A DNA stretch of 64,000 nt, from assembly GCA_965263035.1 (NCBI GenBank), contig OZ253580.1, forward strand, positions 832,001 to 896,000. The letters run 5' to 3'. A model generated the notes under the pieces. It worked only from the letters and a program-made list of their open reading frames with translations, had not been told where the DNA came from and did no database searches. This DNA comes from Acidobacteriota bacterium. Its GTDB lineage: Bacteria > Acidobacteriota > UBA6911 > RPQK01 > JAJDTT01. Positions 29,327-39,872 of this stretch are shown piece after piece (the first letter of the stretch is position 1; the number at the start of each line of letters is the position of its first letter). Made by a program: the position numbers and the translations under genes.

Positions 29327-31096
29327 CTATTTCGGTTCCACGACGGTCAGTATTTGATCTGCTTCCACATTCCGAAGTGTTTGGACGGCTCCGGTCGGCC
29401 ACCTGATGAATAGTTCATCTATTCTGTTTCTGTGGCCCAGGCCGAAAAATAATCGACGATCGCTGCCGGAGAGGTAACTGTCTCCACTAGCTACTTCCTG
29501 AACCTGGTTTCGGTGGTCAGCTGACTTCAGCCAGGCCCGGGCGCCGATGGCATCACGATTGCTCCGCGTGCCGACCAGCTTCAAAAGGAGCCAGTGTCGA
29601 TCGCCGGTTGCCTGATTGTAGAGCAGATTGGGACGTCCATCCAGATTTGAGACGACTATGTCGAGAGCACCGTCGTTATTCAGATCTCCGGCTGCCGTCC
29701 CGCGGCCGACACTTTTTGGTTGGGCCAATCTATGGGACACGTTGGAGAAAGTTCCCCTTCCCAGGTTTCGATAGAGAAGATCATTCTGGGGATAGGTCAG
29801 GTCGGTTTCTCGCTCCACTTCCGGATAGAGGTGACCGTTGACGACGAAAAGATCCCTCAACCCGTCACCATCGTAATCCAGGAAGGTGCTGCCCCAACCC
29901 ATGTAGGGAAAACTGTCGGCGAGTTTGGCGCGGGCAGTGACGTCGATGAAGAATCCGTTGCCCAGATTCTTGTAGAGCGTGTTGGTATCTTGCGCGAAAT
30001 TGGTCACAAACAGGTCGAGGTGGTCATCGCCGTCGTAATCGCCAAAGGCGACGCCCATGCCGGCTTGCTCCAACCCGTCTCCGCTCAGAGCCACGCCGGA
30101 TAGCAGCCCAACTTCGGAGAAAGTTCCATCGCCTTGATTTTGAAAGAGGAAATTCGGGTTCGAATCATTGGCAACGTAAATGTCCAAGTCCCCATCGTCA
30201 TCGTAGTCGAGAGAGACGACTCCCAGACCGTAGTAGCCTGGATCCTCTATCCGGCTGGCCCGTGTGACCTCGGCGAATGAACCGTCGCCTAGATTCCGGA
30301 ATAGAACGTCGACGTCTCCCGGCAGCCCTTGTGGCCCGCACATGACTTTCAGGCCCATGTATGAGCAGAAACGATTCTGGTCCGGGTTCGGGGGAGGCAG
30401 GCTCAAATCAAGCTTCACGTAAGCCGCGACGTAAAGATCAAGCAGGCCATCGCGATCATAGTCCCCCCAGGAACAACCCGTACTCCAGCCACGATGAGCC
30501 GTTCCGGATTTTTCGCTGATGTCTGCGAAAGTCTCGTTGCCAAGGTTTTCGAAGAAGACGTTGGGACCCAGATTGGTCACGTAGAGATCCTGATCTCCGT
30601 CGTTGTCGAAGTCAGCAGCCGCACACCCCATACCCCAACCCGGATCACCGACCCCGGACTTTGCCGTCACATCCTTGAAATGACCATTCCGCAGATTCTT
30701 GAAGAGGTAATTCTGGAGAAGTGCCGGCCTTGATTGCTGAGACTGACCGCGAACGGTGGAACCGTTGACAACATAGACATCGAGCCAGCCATCGTTGTTG
30801 TAGTCAAATAGGCAAACCCCTCCGGTCATGCCCTCTACCAGGTATTGCTTGTTGTAGGGATCGCCTGCGCGAATCTGGGCATGAAGACCATGGCGGGCGG
30901 CTGTGTCCCGGAAAATCGCCGTCTGGCCATTACTGGAGGCCTGGGCACGGCCATTGATGGGGGCGAGCAGAACCAACAAGAGGTTCCATGACAGTCGACG
31001 GATGGCGGAATGTCGTCGCCACGTCAGAGTTTCCGGGCGACTACGAGGTGTCGACAAGGACTTTCCGGACCGGAGAACTTCTCTCGCCGAAAACAA
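29327..31096 (-). CDS. CRTAC1/ASPIC-UnbV FG-GAP beta-propeller protein (copy 1)
   Basis: Repeated DxDxDGxxD motifs; SNRDAIGA..SYLS..LFFGLG..IRWP C-terminus; start uncertain. Confidence 0.9.
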   Translation of the reverse strand: MFSAREVLRSGKSLSTPRSRPETLTWRRHSAIRRLSWNLLLVLLAPINGRAQASSNGQTAIFRDTAARHGLHAQIRAGDPYNKQYLVEGMTGGVCLFDYNNDGWLDVYVVNGSTVRGQSQQSRPALLQNYLFKNLRNGHFKDVTAKSGVGDPGWGMGCAAADFDNDGDQDLYVTNLGPNVFFENLGNETFADISEKSGTAHRGWSTGCSWGDYDRDGLLDLYVAAYVKLDLSLPPPNPDQNRFCSYMGLKVMCGPQGLPGDVDVLFRNLGDGSFAEVTRASRIEDPGYYGLGVVSLDYDDDGDLDIYVANDSNPNFLFQNQGDGTFSEVGLLSGVALSGDGLEQAGMGVAFGDYDGDDHLDLFVTNFAQDTNTLYKNLGNGFFIDVTARAKLADSFPYMGWGSTFLDYDGDGLRDLFVVNGHLYPEVERETDLTYPQNDLLYRNLGRGTFSNVSHRLAQPKSVGRGTAAGDLNNDGALDIVVSNLDGRPNLLYNQATGDRHWLLLKLVGTRSNRDAIGARAWLKSADHRNQVQEVASGDSYLSGSDRRLFFGLGHRNRIDELFIRWPTGAVQTLRNVEADQILTVVEPK

Positions 31097-31256
31097 GAGT
31101 CGGATCGATCAAAATTGACTGCCAAAGGTGGGGCGTCACGCCAATCCCGGTGTTGCTGTAGCAGGTGGGTCCCATTGCCACCGTTTGGCGTTCTAGCCCA
31201 GAGGCGCAGTTATATCCTAACGATGTCTTAAAATGTAAATCCGGTAGCGGCCTTGG

Positions 31257-34200
31257 TCAGAACCTGAACTTCAGAGCAAACTGTATCTGCCTTCCTGCGG
31301 CGGCTCCCTGGATTCTTCCCACGACACCCGAGGCCAGATTGCTGACTGGATTGCTAAAATTCGGACGATTCAACAAATTAAAGAACTCTCCTCGCAACTG
31401 TAGGCTGCTAGTTTCAGTTACAGCAAAGTTCTTCATCAATCCGAAATCAACATTGGCATATCCGGGACCCACGAGAGTGTTTCGCCCCAAGGTTCCAAAC
31501 GTCAATACGGGATTGGGTTCGAACGCGTCCGGGTTGAAATACCTCTGTATGAGCTGACCCCGGTCGCGCCCGGAATCCAGTTTCGCATTTCCAAACTGAT
31601 TGGGCCGGTCTTGGTTGAGCGCCGTCCGGGAGTTGTCCAGGCCTGTCATCACCGTGAAAGGACTTCCACTCTGCATACTGACCAAGCCTGTAAACTGCCA
31701 GCCGCCCAGCAAATTCCTGATGACGACCGAATCATGCCGGGTTAGCCAGCCTGGACTCCATACCCACGAAGCGGAGAAGATCTGGCGCCGGTCAAACGCC
31801 GCCGGTCCTCGGTCCAGACCGGGGTTGTCCGAATCTTGATGGACGCCACGATTTTGGTAACCCGTACGGGTTGAATCTATCCATTTGCTCCAAGTGTAGT
31901 TCACATTGAGCAGGTAGTTATTGGTAAACCGTTTGCTCAACACGACCTGCAGCGCGTTGTAGTTGGAAGACGCACCGTCTTCGAAGCGCCGAATGGTGCT
32001 TATGCCGGCCGGGGTATAACGGCGGCGCTGCTGGCGATTCCCCAACGTACAGTCGGCGGGGCTCCGAGATGGACAATCTGCGGGATTCCTTTCGACTGTG
32101 TCGGCCAGTTTACGCACCGTATTTCCTACAAACGCGACCTCAAGCAGATAATCCTGAGGCAGTTGCTGCTGCACGGCAACACTGTAATGCTGAATGTAAG
32201 GGTTTCGGATTTCCGGTTCAATCGCCCAAGCTGAGATCGGTTTTGAAAAGATCACGACCCCGGTCTCCGGACAAAATGTCGATATTGTTCCTGGGCAAGC
32301 ACTGGGCAAGGGATTCTCTCGGAACGGATTGGAAAACTCGCTCAGGAGGTCCGATCCCAGCGAGAAGATGGGAAGAAACGGCTGGTTCAGCGCCGAAAAC
32401 TGAGAGTAGCCATTGGTGCTGAATTGGTAAAAGATACCCCACCCGGCACGTACACTCGTCTTTCCAGTTCCGAACACGTCCCAGGCCAAGCCCAAGCGGG
32501 GGGCGAAGTTGTTCCTGTCGGGAGCATAGGTCGATCCCGAAATCCCCGGGTCGTTTCCATATGCCATCCCCTCGGGAGCTGTCGGGAAAAGCGTGGACTG
32601 GTATCCCGGTATCCAGGTCGCAATCCTATCGTCCTGTTCCCGAACGGGATCGTCGTATTGATATCTCAATCCCAGATTGAGAGTGACGTTGCTTGAGACC
32701 TGATAGTCGTCCTGCACGAAGAAGTTCAAGAACCAGGAACGATGATCTTCCCTCTCCAAGAGCAACAGGAGGCCGCTGGCGTGGCCCAGCATGAAGTCGG
32801 ACAGCGTATTGCCGGTCAGTTCTCCGTTAAAGGTAAACAGCCCCTGGTCAAAATTGGGACGACCCACCATGTGAAGCTTCTCGTAGGAGAACCCGAAACG
32901 TACACTGTGGTTTCCCTCATTGACATGGACCGTATCTTGCGCCTGCCACGTGTTGTCGAGTCTCACGTGGTTCCCGAGAAAACTCGAGGAGAGACTGAAA
33001 CGACCAACGACATTAATGTTGGGAGGGAACGGAATTTCAGTGTTGACGCCCTGGATTCCGTAGTCAGCCGGTCCCCGCTGATTCGAGTGAAGTTGGGACT
33101 CGTCTCGGCGTCCGTATGAAATCTGAGCCTCATTGATCACCCGGGGACTGAATGTGTGCGTGTTTTGCAACGTGGCGTTGTGTACGGAATAGGGCGTAGT
33201 CTTGGTGGTCCAGGGAATATTCCCGTCATTACGGAAGAACTCCGATTTATCTCTCCAGAACCGTCCCGTCAGTCGATTGTTCTCGGTAAACTGATGATCC
33301 ACACGTATCAAATACTGATCGCCGTTGGACCCGGCGCTCGTATTCAACGCGAACCCGCCACCCGCAGCATTGGCATTCGGAAGCTCCGAAATAACGTTCA
33401 GGGCAGCCGGGTCCAGCCTGTTGGATGGAATGATGTCCCCCGGGAATCGTTCTCCCGTGACTGGATCGATGGGAGGATTGGAGGAAGCGGAGAAATTTCC
33501 CTGCCGCTCGAGGGCGGAGGGAGGAATGGCGCCTGACATTACCCTTGACTGGCGGATACGGGTTCCCTGATAGCCAAAGAAAAAGTGGGTCTTGTCCTTG
33601 ATCACCGGTCCGCCCACAGTTCCGCCGAACTGGTTGTACACCAGAAAGGGAGACTCAGGCGCAAAGAAGGAACGGGCGTTCAAGGCGCCGTTGCGGTGGA
33701 ACTCGAAAGCACTCCCGTGAAAGCGGTTGGTTCCTGACTTCGTAACGACGCTGAAACTGGCCACCGCACCGCGGCCTTTCGAGGCATCGTAACTGTTGGT
33801 TTCCGCTCGAAACTCCTTGACCATGTCCGGCGGCGGCATGGGTAGCCCCCTGGCTCGTTGGACGTTGTTGAATTGAGCTCCGTCGAGCTGGAAGGAGTTC
33901 ATCTGCCCGTTTCCGCCACTGATGTTCACAGTGATGTCCCGCGTGCCCTGTTCTGGAATCCGAACTAGTGCTGCGCCCGGAATCAAGGTGATCAAAGCCA
34001 AGGGGTCTCGACCGGAAAGAGGCAGTTCGTCGACTCTCTTCTCGTCCATGAGGCGACTGATGGACGCGCTTCTCGTCTCCACCTGTATGGCCGTCGATGC
34101 AACGGTGACCTCCTCAGCCACCTCGCCTATCCTCAAAACCAGATCGACCCGGGAGTTCTCCTCTACCGTGAGATGAATTCCTCCCATCACGAGTTTCTTG

Positions 34201-34490
34201 AACCCGGCCAATTCGGCTTCCACCCGGTAGTCTCCCAAGGGCAGGAGGGTGATCCTGTAAAGTCCCTCATCGTTGGAAATGGACGACCGTTGGAAGCCGG
34301 TTCCTTCGTTGACGGCGACGACTTCCACGCCGGGAATCACGCCCCCGGTCTCGTCCTGGACCTTCCCCAGAATCGTCGCGGTCTGTTGCGCCTGCACAGA
34401 TACCGTCGCGACCACCGCCAGCATGAGCCCCAAAGCGATCTGAAGACAGGGCTGTTTTGGCCTCATGATCCATACAATTCTTCTTGCCAT
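31257..34490 (-). CDS. Oar-like TonB-dependent receptor with an N-terminal carboxypeptidase-regulatory-like domain
   Basis: ILGKVQDETGGVIPGV, LPLSGR, TKSGTNRFHGS, NQFGGTVGGP, FVQDDY..LNLGLRY, NNFAPRLG, C-terminal RQIQFALKFRF; AAGGAG RBS before the ATG at 34490. Confidence 0.93.
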   Translation of the reverse strand: MARRIVWIMRPKQPCLQIALGLMLAVVATVSVQAQQTATILGKVQDETGGVIPGVEVVAVNEGTGFQRSSISNDEGLYRITLLPLGDYRVEAELAGFKKLVMGGIHLTVEENSRVDLVLRIGEVAEEVTVASTAIQVETRSASISRLMDEKRVDELPLSGRDPLALITLIPGAALVRIPEQGTRDITVNISGGNGQMNSFQLDGAQFNNVQRARGLPMPPPDMVKEFRAETNSYDASKGRGAVASFSVVTKSGTNRFHGSAFEFHRNGALNARSFFAPESPFLVYNQFGGTVGGPVIKDKTHFFFGYQGTRIRQSRVMSGAIPPSALERQGNFSASSNPPIDPVTGERFPGDIIPSNRLDPAALNVISELPNANAAGGGFALNTSAGSNGDQYLIRVDHQFTENNRLTGRFWRDKSEFFRNDGNIPWTTKTTPYSVHNATLQNTHTFSPRVINEAQISYGRRDESQLHSNQRGPADYGIQGVNTEIPFPPNINVVGRFSLSSSFLGNHVRLDNTWQAQDTVHVNEGNHSVRFGFSYEKLHMVGRPNFDQGLFTFNGELTGNTLSDFMLGHASGLLLLLEREDHRSWFLNFFVQDDYQVSSNVTLNLGLRYQYDDPVREQDDRIATWIPGYQSTLFPTAPEGMAYGNDPGISGSTYAPDRNNFAPRLGLAWDVFGTGKTSVRAGWGIFYQFSTNGYSQFSALNQPFLPIFSLGSDLLSEFSNPFRENPLPSACPGTISTFCPETGVVIFSKPISAWAIEPEIRNPYIQHYSVAVQQQLPQDYLLEVAFVGNTVRKLADTVERNPADCPSRSPADCTLGNRQQRRRYTPAGISTIRRFEDGASSNYNALQVVLSKRFTNNYLLNVNYTWSKWIDSTRTGYQNRGVHQDSDNPGLDRGPAAFDRRQIFSASWVWSPGWLTRHDSVVIRNLLGGWQFTGLVSMQSGSPFTVMTGLDNSRTALNQDRPNQFGNAKLDSGRDRGQLIQRYFNPDAFEPNPVLTFGTLGRNTLVGPGYANVDFGLMKNFAVTETSSLQLRGEFFNLLNRPNFSNPVSNLASGVVGRIQGAAAGRQIQFALKFRF

Positions 34491-34841
34491 TGCAATATGA
34501 CTCCTTGGCAGGGGGTGGACCCTCATGTGTAAAACACCTACGGTTCCCACCTCGTGGAGGAAAATTTATTGCCGGAGATGGTGCTCCAGCCGAGAATAGG
34601 AGACCAGTATCGTGCAGAAAGACCGCTCGGGTCAAGCAAAAGTGACCCAATTCCATCCACGACTTCAACCAGGAAGATAGATCAGAGATCAGGTGAAGAT
34701 CGGACGCGGGGGCTGGCTTGGGGGGTGGAGTTCTCGCGATTTCGGACTCCGGGGCCAGAGTCCGATCATAGGCCAACAGCGTTCAGATTGGGGAGGCCGA
34801 CGCGCTCCGTCTGTCACCGAGAGGATCCTCAACGCGTCAGT

Positions 34842-36470
34842 TCAGGGCGTTCGAGCAAGGTCGGTCTCGAGGCCGGCGAGTTGGAATGTCGTAGAACAGG
34901 TCGCCGAGTGGTCCAAGATCTCGTCGGAAATGGTGATTTCCAGTTTGTACTCGCCGGGTCCGAGATTCTCCAGCTGCAGTGCATTGATAGCAATGACCCG
35001 GTCCCGAAGCCGGAATGTAGAAAAGGCCGTGCGCTGGCTCGCCGCTGGCGATTTACCGGCGCGCTGCCGGATCTGGTAGTCGATTTTCAGGTCCGGTTCG
35101 CCGGTCGACGCGTCCAACCCAAAATTGTACACCTCGAAATAGACAAGGAGTGGCTCACCAGAGTGATAGCGACGATCGACTCGAGGGACAACCTTGAATG
35201 GACCCATCACAAATGGCTCCGCGACGAGCTCGGGATCTTCTACGGACTCGATTCGTCGAGCCAGGAAGACTGCACTGGTGATAAGCCGTTCCGAGTTCTG
35301 CCGCCCGAGAGATATGCGTTGTCTCGCCATCCCCATCTGCTCATTGTTGGCGTCTCTGACAACCAGTTCCACCTTGTACAAGCCGGGCTCCAAACCGATC
35401 TTCTTCTGGTACACCGAATGTTGTCGAGCCAGATCGTCAAGGTTCGGCAGGAAGGTCGAGACGGTGTCGTCAAATTCGTAGACTATCCGACCTTGTAGGG
35501 AAGTCACTGCACCATAGATGTCGACGGTTGCCTTGTGAGCACCTGAGTGTTCCTTGAATTGCAGATGGCGATCCTCGATTCGAACCGTAATTGGAACCAG
35601 CATCTCCTTCTCGGTCAACCGGATGTGATGAACGGCCGACTCGACCGGAATGTGGTCAAAGTAAACCTTTGAACTCACGACCCGCTGAAGGTCTTTGAAC
35701 TTAATTTCGGCGGGCCGGCTCAGCTGAAAGAGTCGTTGCATTCTCTGGAACGGCAGATCCTGCATCCGGAGAGTGCCGTACATCGGCTGTATTGGATCCG
35801 CGACAATCTGGTTACGTATCCGATCGCCTCTATCCATGCTTCCGGAGAGCTCGGCCATCGTCATCCCGCCTACGCCGCCCACATGCATGAGGGCGTCCTT
35901 TTCGTCCGGATTTCGCGCCAGCCGGAATTCTCCGGTCATGGTCGGATCCACAAACTCGATCTCTATCTCACCGCCGATTCCCTCAAGGTAGTCGTAGCGC
36001 CAGACCTCAAAAGGAAAGGCCGCGGTAAAACCGCCTCCTTCCCACGGCTCTCTGCGGTAGTGGCCTCCTTGGTGTGTCTTCTTGCTCGTGGGAGGTCCGT
36101 GCATGATGTAGATTCTTCCCCTGTCCGTCCGCCAACCCGCAACTCCTGATTTGAAGTTCTCGTTTGCATAAGCGATTCGCCGAAAATGCTCTTCCCGGTA
36201 CTCGTTGATGGCCGTTCTGGGGTCCGGATCACGACGCCTCCAGAACTGCTCAATGAAGCTTTCACGTTCGTCATCCGTGCGCAGTTTCTCGAAGGATTTC
36301 TTCTCCTGGTCGATAATGATGTACTTGACGTGCTGCTCAACCCATTTCTTGTAATAGTCCACAGGCTCCTCCGACTGTTGAGCCCATGGAAAAAGCGATG
36401 AAATACCAATGATGACGCAAATGATGCAGGTAGTCAGAAGAGGCGACTTCGTAGGTTGATTCTTTTTCAT
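34842..36470 (-). CDS. GWxTD domain protein
   Basis: FIEQFWRRRDPDP, EEHFRRIAYANENF, GWRTDRGRIYIMHGPP; N-terminal signal. Confidence 0.92.
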   Translation of the reverse strand: MKKNQPTKSPLLTTCIICVIIGISSLFPWAQQSEEPVDYYKKWVEQHVKYIIIDQEKKSFEKLRTDDERESFIEQFWRRRDPDPRTAINEYREEHFRRIAYANENFKSGVAGWRTDRGRIYIMHGPPTSKKTHQGGHYRREPWEGGGFTAAFPFEVWRYDYLEGIGGEIEIEFVDPTMTGEFRLARNPDEKDALMHVGGVGGMTMAELSGSMDRGDRIRNQIVADPIQPMYGTLRMQDLPFQRMQRLFQLSRPAEIKFKDLQRVVSSKVYFDHIPVESAVHHIRLTEKEMLVPITVRIEDRHLQFKEHSGAHKATVDIYGAVTSLQGRIVYEFDDTVSTFLPNLDDLARQHSVYQKKIGLEPGLYKVELVVRDANNEQMGMARQRISLGRQNSERLITSAVFLARRIESVEDPELVAEPFVMGPFKVVPRVDRRYHSGEPLLVYFEVYNFGLDASTGEPDLKIDYQIRQRAGKSPAASQRTAFSTFRLRDRVIAINALQLENLGPGEYKLEITISDEILDHSATCSTTFQLAGLETDLARTP

Positions 36471-36584
36471 GGTGGTCCAACAACCCCTACTCGGCAACTC
36501 TTTTCGTTTGGGAGCCCGAGTCCGGTCAATTTTCATGATACGAAACCTCACGATCCTGAGACGTCTTCCCGAATCGAAGTGGAG

Positions 36585-38309
36585 CTACCTGTCTTGCCGC
36601 CCATCTACCTCGCCCTTCAGATTCGAAGATCCCTCTTCAACCACGACGACCTGATTGGCTTGGATCTGCTCCAGCCGGTCCACCACACCGCTGGGCCAGG
36701 AAATTTCAATCAGGTCGACAAACTTGTTCCTGTCCAGGCCGAAATGCATCCGCATATCATGGGCCGAAAGATACGATCCGCCTCCTGTCATCTGGTCGAG
36801 TCGGGTCTTCTCACCGGCGACGACACGAACTCTGGACCCGACCCCGCTCCGGTTGCTGGACCGCCCGACCAAGTGGAGCGAAATCCAATTTCCGCTGGGC
36901 GTGCTCTGGTTCACCAGAAGTTCCGGAGAGTCATCGATGTTGGTCACGACCAGGTCGATGTCTCCGTCGTTGTCGAAATCGCCGAATGCCGCACCACGGC
37001 TGACTCTGGTACTCCGCAGGGCCGGACCTGCGTCCCTTGAAACATCGTAGAAGCGTCCGGCCCGGTTTTCCAGTAGCTGGTTGGGTTGGGAGTAAGAAAT
37101 GTTGTTCCGATAACTGGAAATGTCGTCCAGAACATGGCCGTTGGCGACAAACAGGTCCAAGTCTCCATCGTTGTCGTAGTCAAAGAAACCAGTTCCGAAT
37201 CCGAGCAGCCGTATGCTGGCTTTGGCGACACCTTGGACCCACCGATCATCACTGAAGATTTCTTGCCCCAGGTTCCGATAGAGACCATTGGTCTCCAGGT
37301 CATAATTCGTGACGACAATATCGAGAAGCCCGTCGCCGTCGAAGTCACCGAAATCCGTGCCCATCCCGGCTTCGGCCTCACCCGCGGCGTTGAAGCCGGT
37401 CAAGGAAAAGTAGCTGATATCCGTATAGGTCAGGTCCCCATTGTTCTTGAAAAGGAAATTCCGCGTCTGGTCGTTTGCCACATAGATATCCATCCAGCCG
37501 TCCGTATCAATATCGGCCATCACCACACCCAACCCTTTTCCTTCAGGGTTCGCGATCCCACTCCGCTCGCTGATGTCATCAAAGGTCCCATCCCCCCGAT
37601 TCCGGTAGAGCCTGTCGGCCACACCCGCGAAAGCGTCGGGGTCGCAATAGCTGCGCCGAGCCGGAGCTTCGGCTCCACACACTGGATGGGTCTCATATTT
37701 GAGATCCAAGTAGTTGGTGACGTAGAGATCCAAGTAACCGTCATTGTCAAGATCGAAGAATCCCGCACTCTGGCCCCAGAACGGATCATCGACTCCAGCC
37801 TGCCGAGAGACGTCGGAAAAGGTCCCGTTGCCGAGATTGCGATACAAGACGTTGGGACCAAAATGAGCGACAAAGAGATCGGGCCAACCGTCGTTGTCGA
37901 TGTCTCCCACCGCCACGCCCGTTCCGTACCGCCCATACCCTGCCACGCCACTTTCACTGGTGACGTCCAAGAATTTTCCATTCCCAAGATTGCGGTAGAG
38001 GGCATGTCTCGTCGGCTGATTCACTCCACGGGCCGGATTCCCCGCCCCATTCACAAAGTAGATGTCAAGCCACCCATCCCGGTCATAGTCGATCAGGGCG
38101 ACTCCGGAACCCATGGTCTCGACGAGGTACTTCTGCGGTGAAGCCCCGCTGAAGTGTTTGAAGGTGATCCCGGCGGTGCTGGCGCGGTCTTCAAAATGAG
38201 CGGTGGACAGGCGAGGTGGCTGGGACTGACTGTGGAGTGGCGCCAGCAAGAACGAAAAGAACGGAAAGAGGAAACGAATCATCGGGATCGGACTCTTGGT
38301 TGGAGCCAC
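36585..38309 (-). CDS. CRTAC1/ASPIC-UnbV FG-GAP protein (copy 2)
   Basis: KYLVETMGSGVA, FG-GAP Ca-binding repeats, GGSYLS..HFGL. Confidence 0.92.
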   Translation of the reverse strand: MAPTKSPIPMIRFLFPFFSFLLAPLHSQSQPPRLSTAHFEDRASTAGITFKHFSGASPQKYLVETMGSGVALIDYDRDGWLDIYFVNGAGNPARGVNQPTRHALYRNLGNGKFLDVTSESGVAGYGRYGTGVAVGDIDNDGWPDLFVAHFGPNVLYRNLGNGTFSDVSRQAGVDDPFWGQSAGFFDLDNDGYLDLYVTNYLDLKYETHPVCGAEAPARRSYCDPDAFAGVADRLYRNRGDGTFDDISERSGIANPEGKGLGVVMADIDTDGWMDIYVANDQTRNFLFKNNGDLTYTDISYFSLTGFNAAGEAEAGMGTDFGDFDGDGLLDIVVTNYDLETNGLYRNLGQEIFSDDRWVQGVAKASIRLLGFGTGFFDYDNDGDLDLFVANGHVLDDISSYRNNISYSQPNQLLENRAGRFYDVSRDAGPALRSTRVSRGAAFGDFDNDGDIDLVVTNIDDSPELLVNQSTPSGNWISLHLVGRSSNRSGVGSRVRVVAGEKTRLDQMTGGGSYLSAHDMRMHFGLDRNKFVDLIEISWPSGVVDRLEQIQANQVVVVEEGSSNLKGEVDGRQDR

Positions 38310-38313
38310 GAGG

Positions 38314-39798
38314 TCATTTCCTGAGGACAGGATTATTCACATTATTCCTTCGTGCTCTTTGCAGATGTTCGAAAAATTCGAATCCTTTGCGTGCCTCTTC
38401 AATTCGACCGAGCTTCAACAGGGCCGTAGCGTGTACGAATCGCGGTTCCGGGTTGGCCCGGTCGAGACCCATGGCCTGTTCCAACAACGGAAGAGCTTTC
38501 TTCGGATCCCCATTCTGTATGTGACAATGGCTGAGTTCGAGGAGGGCCGCCGGTTCAGGCCGTTCCTTGACAACCTGGCTCAAAAGCTCGATCGATTTCC
38601 GAAACGCTCCTTCTCTGCGCAGAATCGACGCCAAATGAAATGCAGCCTGAGCCCACAAGTCCCGATTGGCTGACGATTCCACAACCTTAGCCAGCTGGAG
38701 AGATTGTTCAAACAAGGGCTTGGCCCGGTCGAATTCTCCGTCCAGCTTGAGCCCTGTCGCCAGACTCAAATAGGAGCGGGGATGGTCCGGAAATCGCGTA
38801 ACCAGTTGTCGGGCGTGGGCAACGGCCGCTCGTGCGTCCCCCTTCAGATGATAGACCTCGACCAACTCGAACGAATATTCGGGCTTTTCGGGAGCCAGCT
38901 CCGTTGCCTTGCGAAGGAACTGCAGGCTCTCGTCATGACTTCCTCGCTCAAGTAGGAGCTGCCCCAACAGAAAGCAGGCATGAGGATGAACTGGGTTGAG
39001 TGTCAGGACCGACCTCAAGATCGCCTCGGCTCTTGGCCGCTTACCCATCTTCAGAAGTGCAATGACCAGTGCCATTCGTGTCTTTTCGGACCTTGGATTG
39101 AGGGCCAACGCCCGGTCAAGTGCCCGAACTGCCTCTTCCAAGCGACCGAGTTGAAATAGAGTGACCCCAAGTCCGTGACTCGCCGAATTGGAATCGGCTT
39201 GGACCACCTCCGGCAGTCTCAGGATATTTTCCGCCCTACCCCAATATCCCTTTGACATCAAGAGACTTGCCAGAGAGAGGAGTACCCGGCCATCCTTCGG
39301 GTGATTCGACTGAATCTCATCCGCGATTTGAAGACCGTCTTCGCCGCGCCCAGTCTCCAGGTAGGATCTGCTCAGGTAGAAGAGGGCCTCCGGGTCCTGT
39401 TTGATCCGCTGCAGGACGGGTTCCAGAAGAGCGATACACAGCCCGAACTTGCGCTGTTTACCCTGTAGAATCCCCCGCCGAAGGCGCGGCAGCAGGATGG
39501 ATTCGTCCAACTCGATGGCGCGCCCGTAGGCACGTTCTGCCGGCGCAAACCTGCCGAGCGATTCCAAAGCATATCCCTGAAGGGCATGAGCCATGGCCGA
39601 GCGAGGATCCCGGTCAATGACCTCCTGAGCCGCTGCAACAGCCAGTTGATGACGGCCACTATCGATCAAATCGATGATCCGTTCGACCTCTTGCCCCGAA
39701 GAATGAACTGAGGCCATGACGACGACGGCCAAAGGCGCAAGCAAGAGTGGAATGGGCAGCCAGCGCTGCCGCTTGACTAGGAGAAGATGTTTCACCAC
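38314..39798 (-). CDS. Secreted TPR-repeat protein
   Basis: Signal peptide and multiple 34-aa TPR-like repeats (e.g. ALDRALALNP, LRKATELAP). Confidence 0.88.
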   Translation of the reverse strand: MVKHLLLVKRQRWLPIPLLLAPLAVVVMASVHSSGQEVERIIDLIDSGRHQLAVAAAQEVIDRDPRSAMAHALQGYALESLGRFAPAERAYGRAIELDESILLPRLRRGILQGKQRKFGLCIALLEPVLQRIKQDPEALFYLSRSYLETGRGEDGLQIADEIQSNHPKDGRVLLSLASLLMSKGYWGRAENILRLPEVVQADSNSASHGLGVTLFQLGRLEEAVRALDRALALNPRSEKTRMALVIALLKMGKRPRAEAILRSVLTLNPVHPHACFLLGQLLLERGSHDESLQFLRKATELAPEKPEYSFELVEVYHLKGDARAAVAHARQLVTRFPDHPRSYLSLATGLKLDGEFDRAKPLFEQSLQLAKVVESSANRDLWAQAAFHLASILRREGAFRKSIELLSQVVKERPEPAALLELSHCHIQNGDPKKALPLLEQAMGLDRANPEPRFVHATALLKLGRIEEARKGFEFFEHLQRARRNNVNNPVLRK

Positions 39799-39872
39799 TA
39801 TGAATTCAATAGTTCAATTTGATGGCCACTCTTCCACAGCAAGACGTTTCGATCGGGGGATATGTCAATTCC

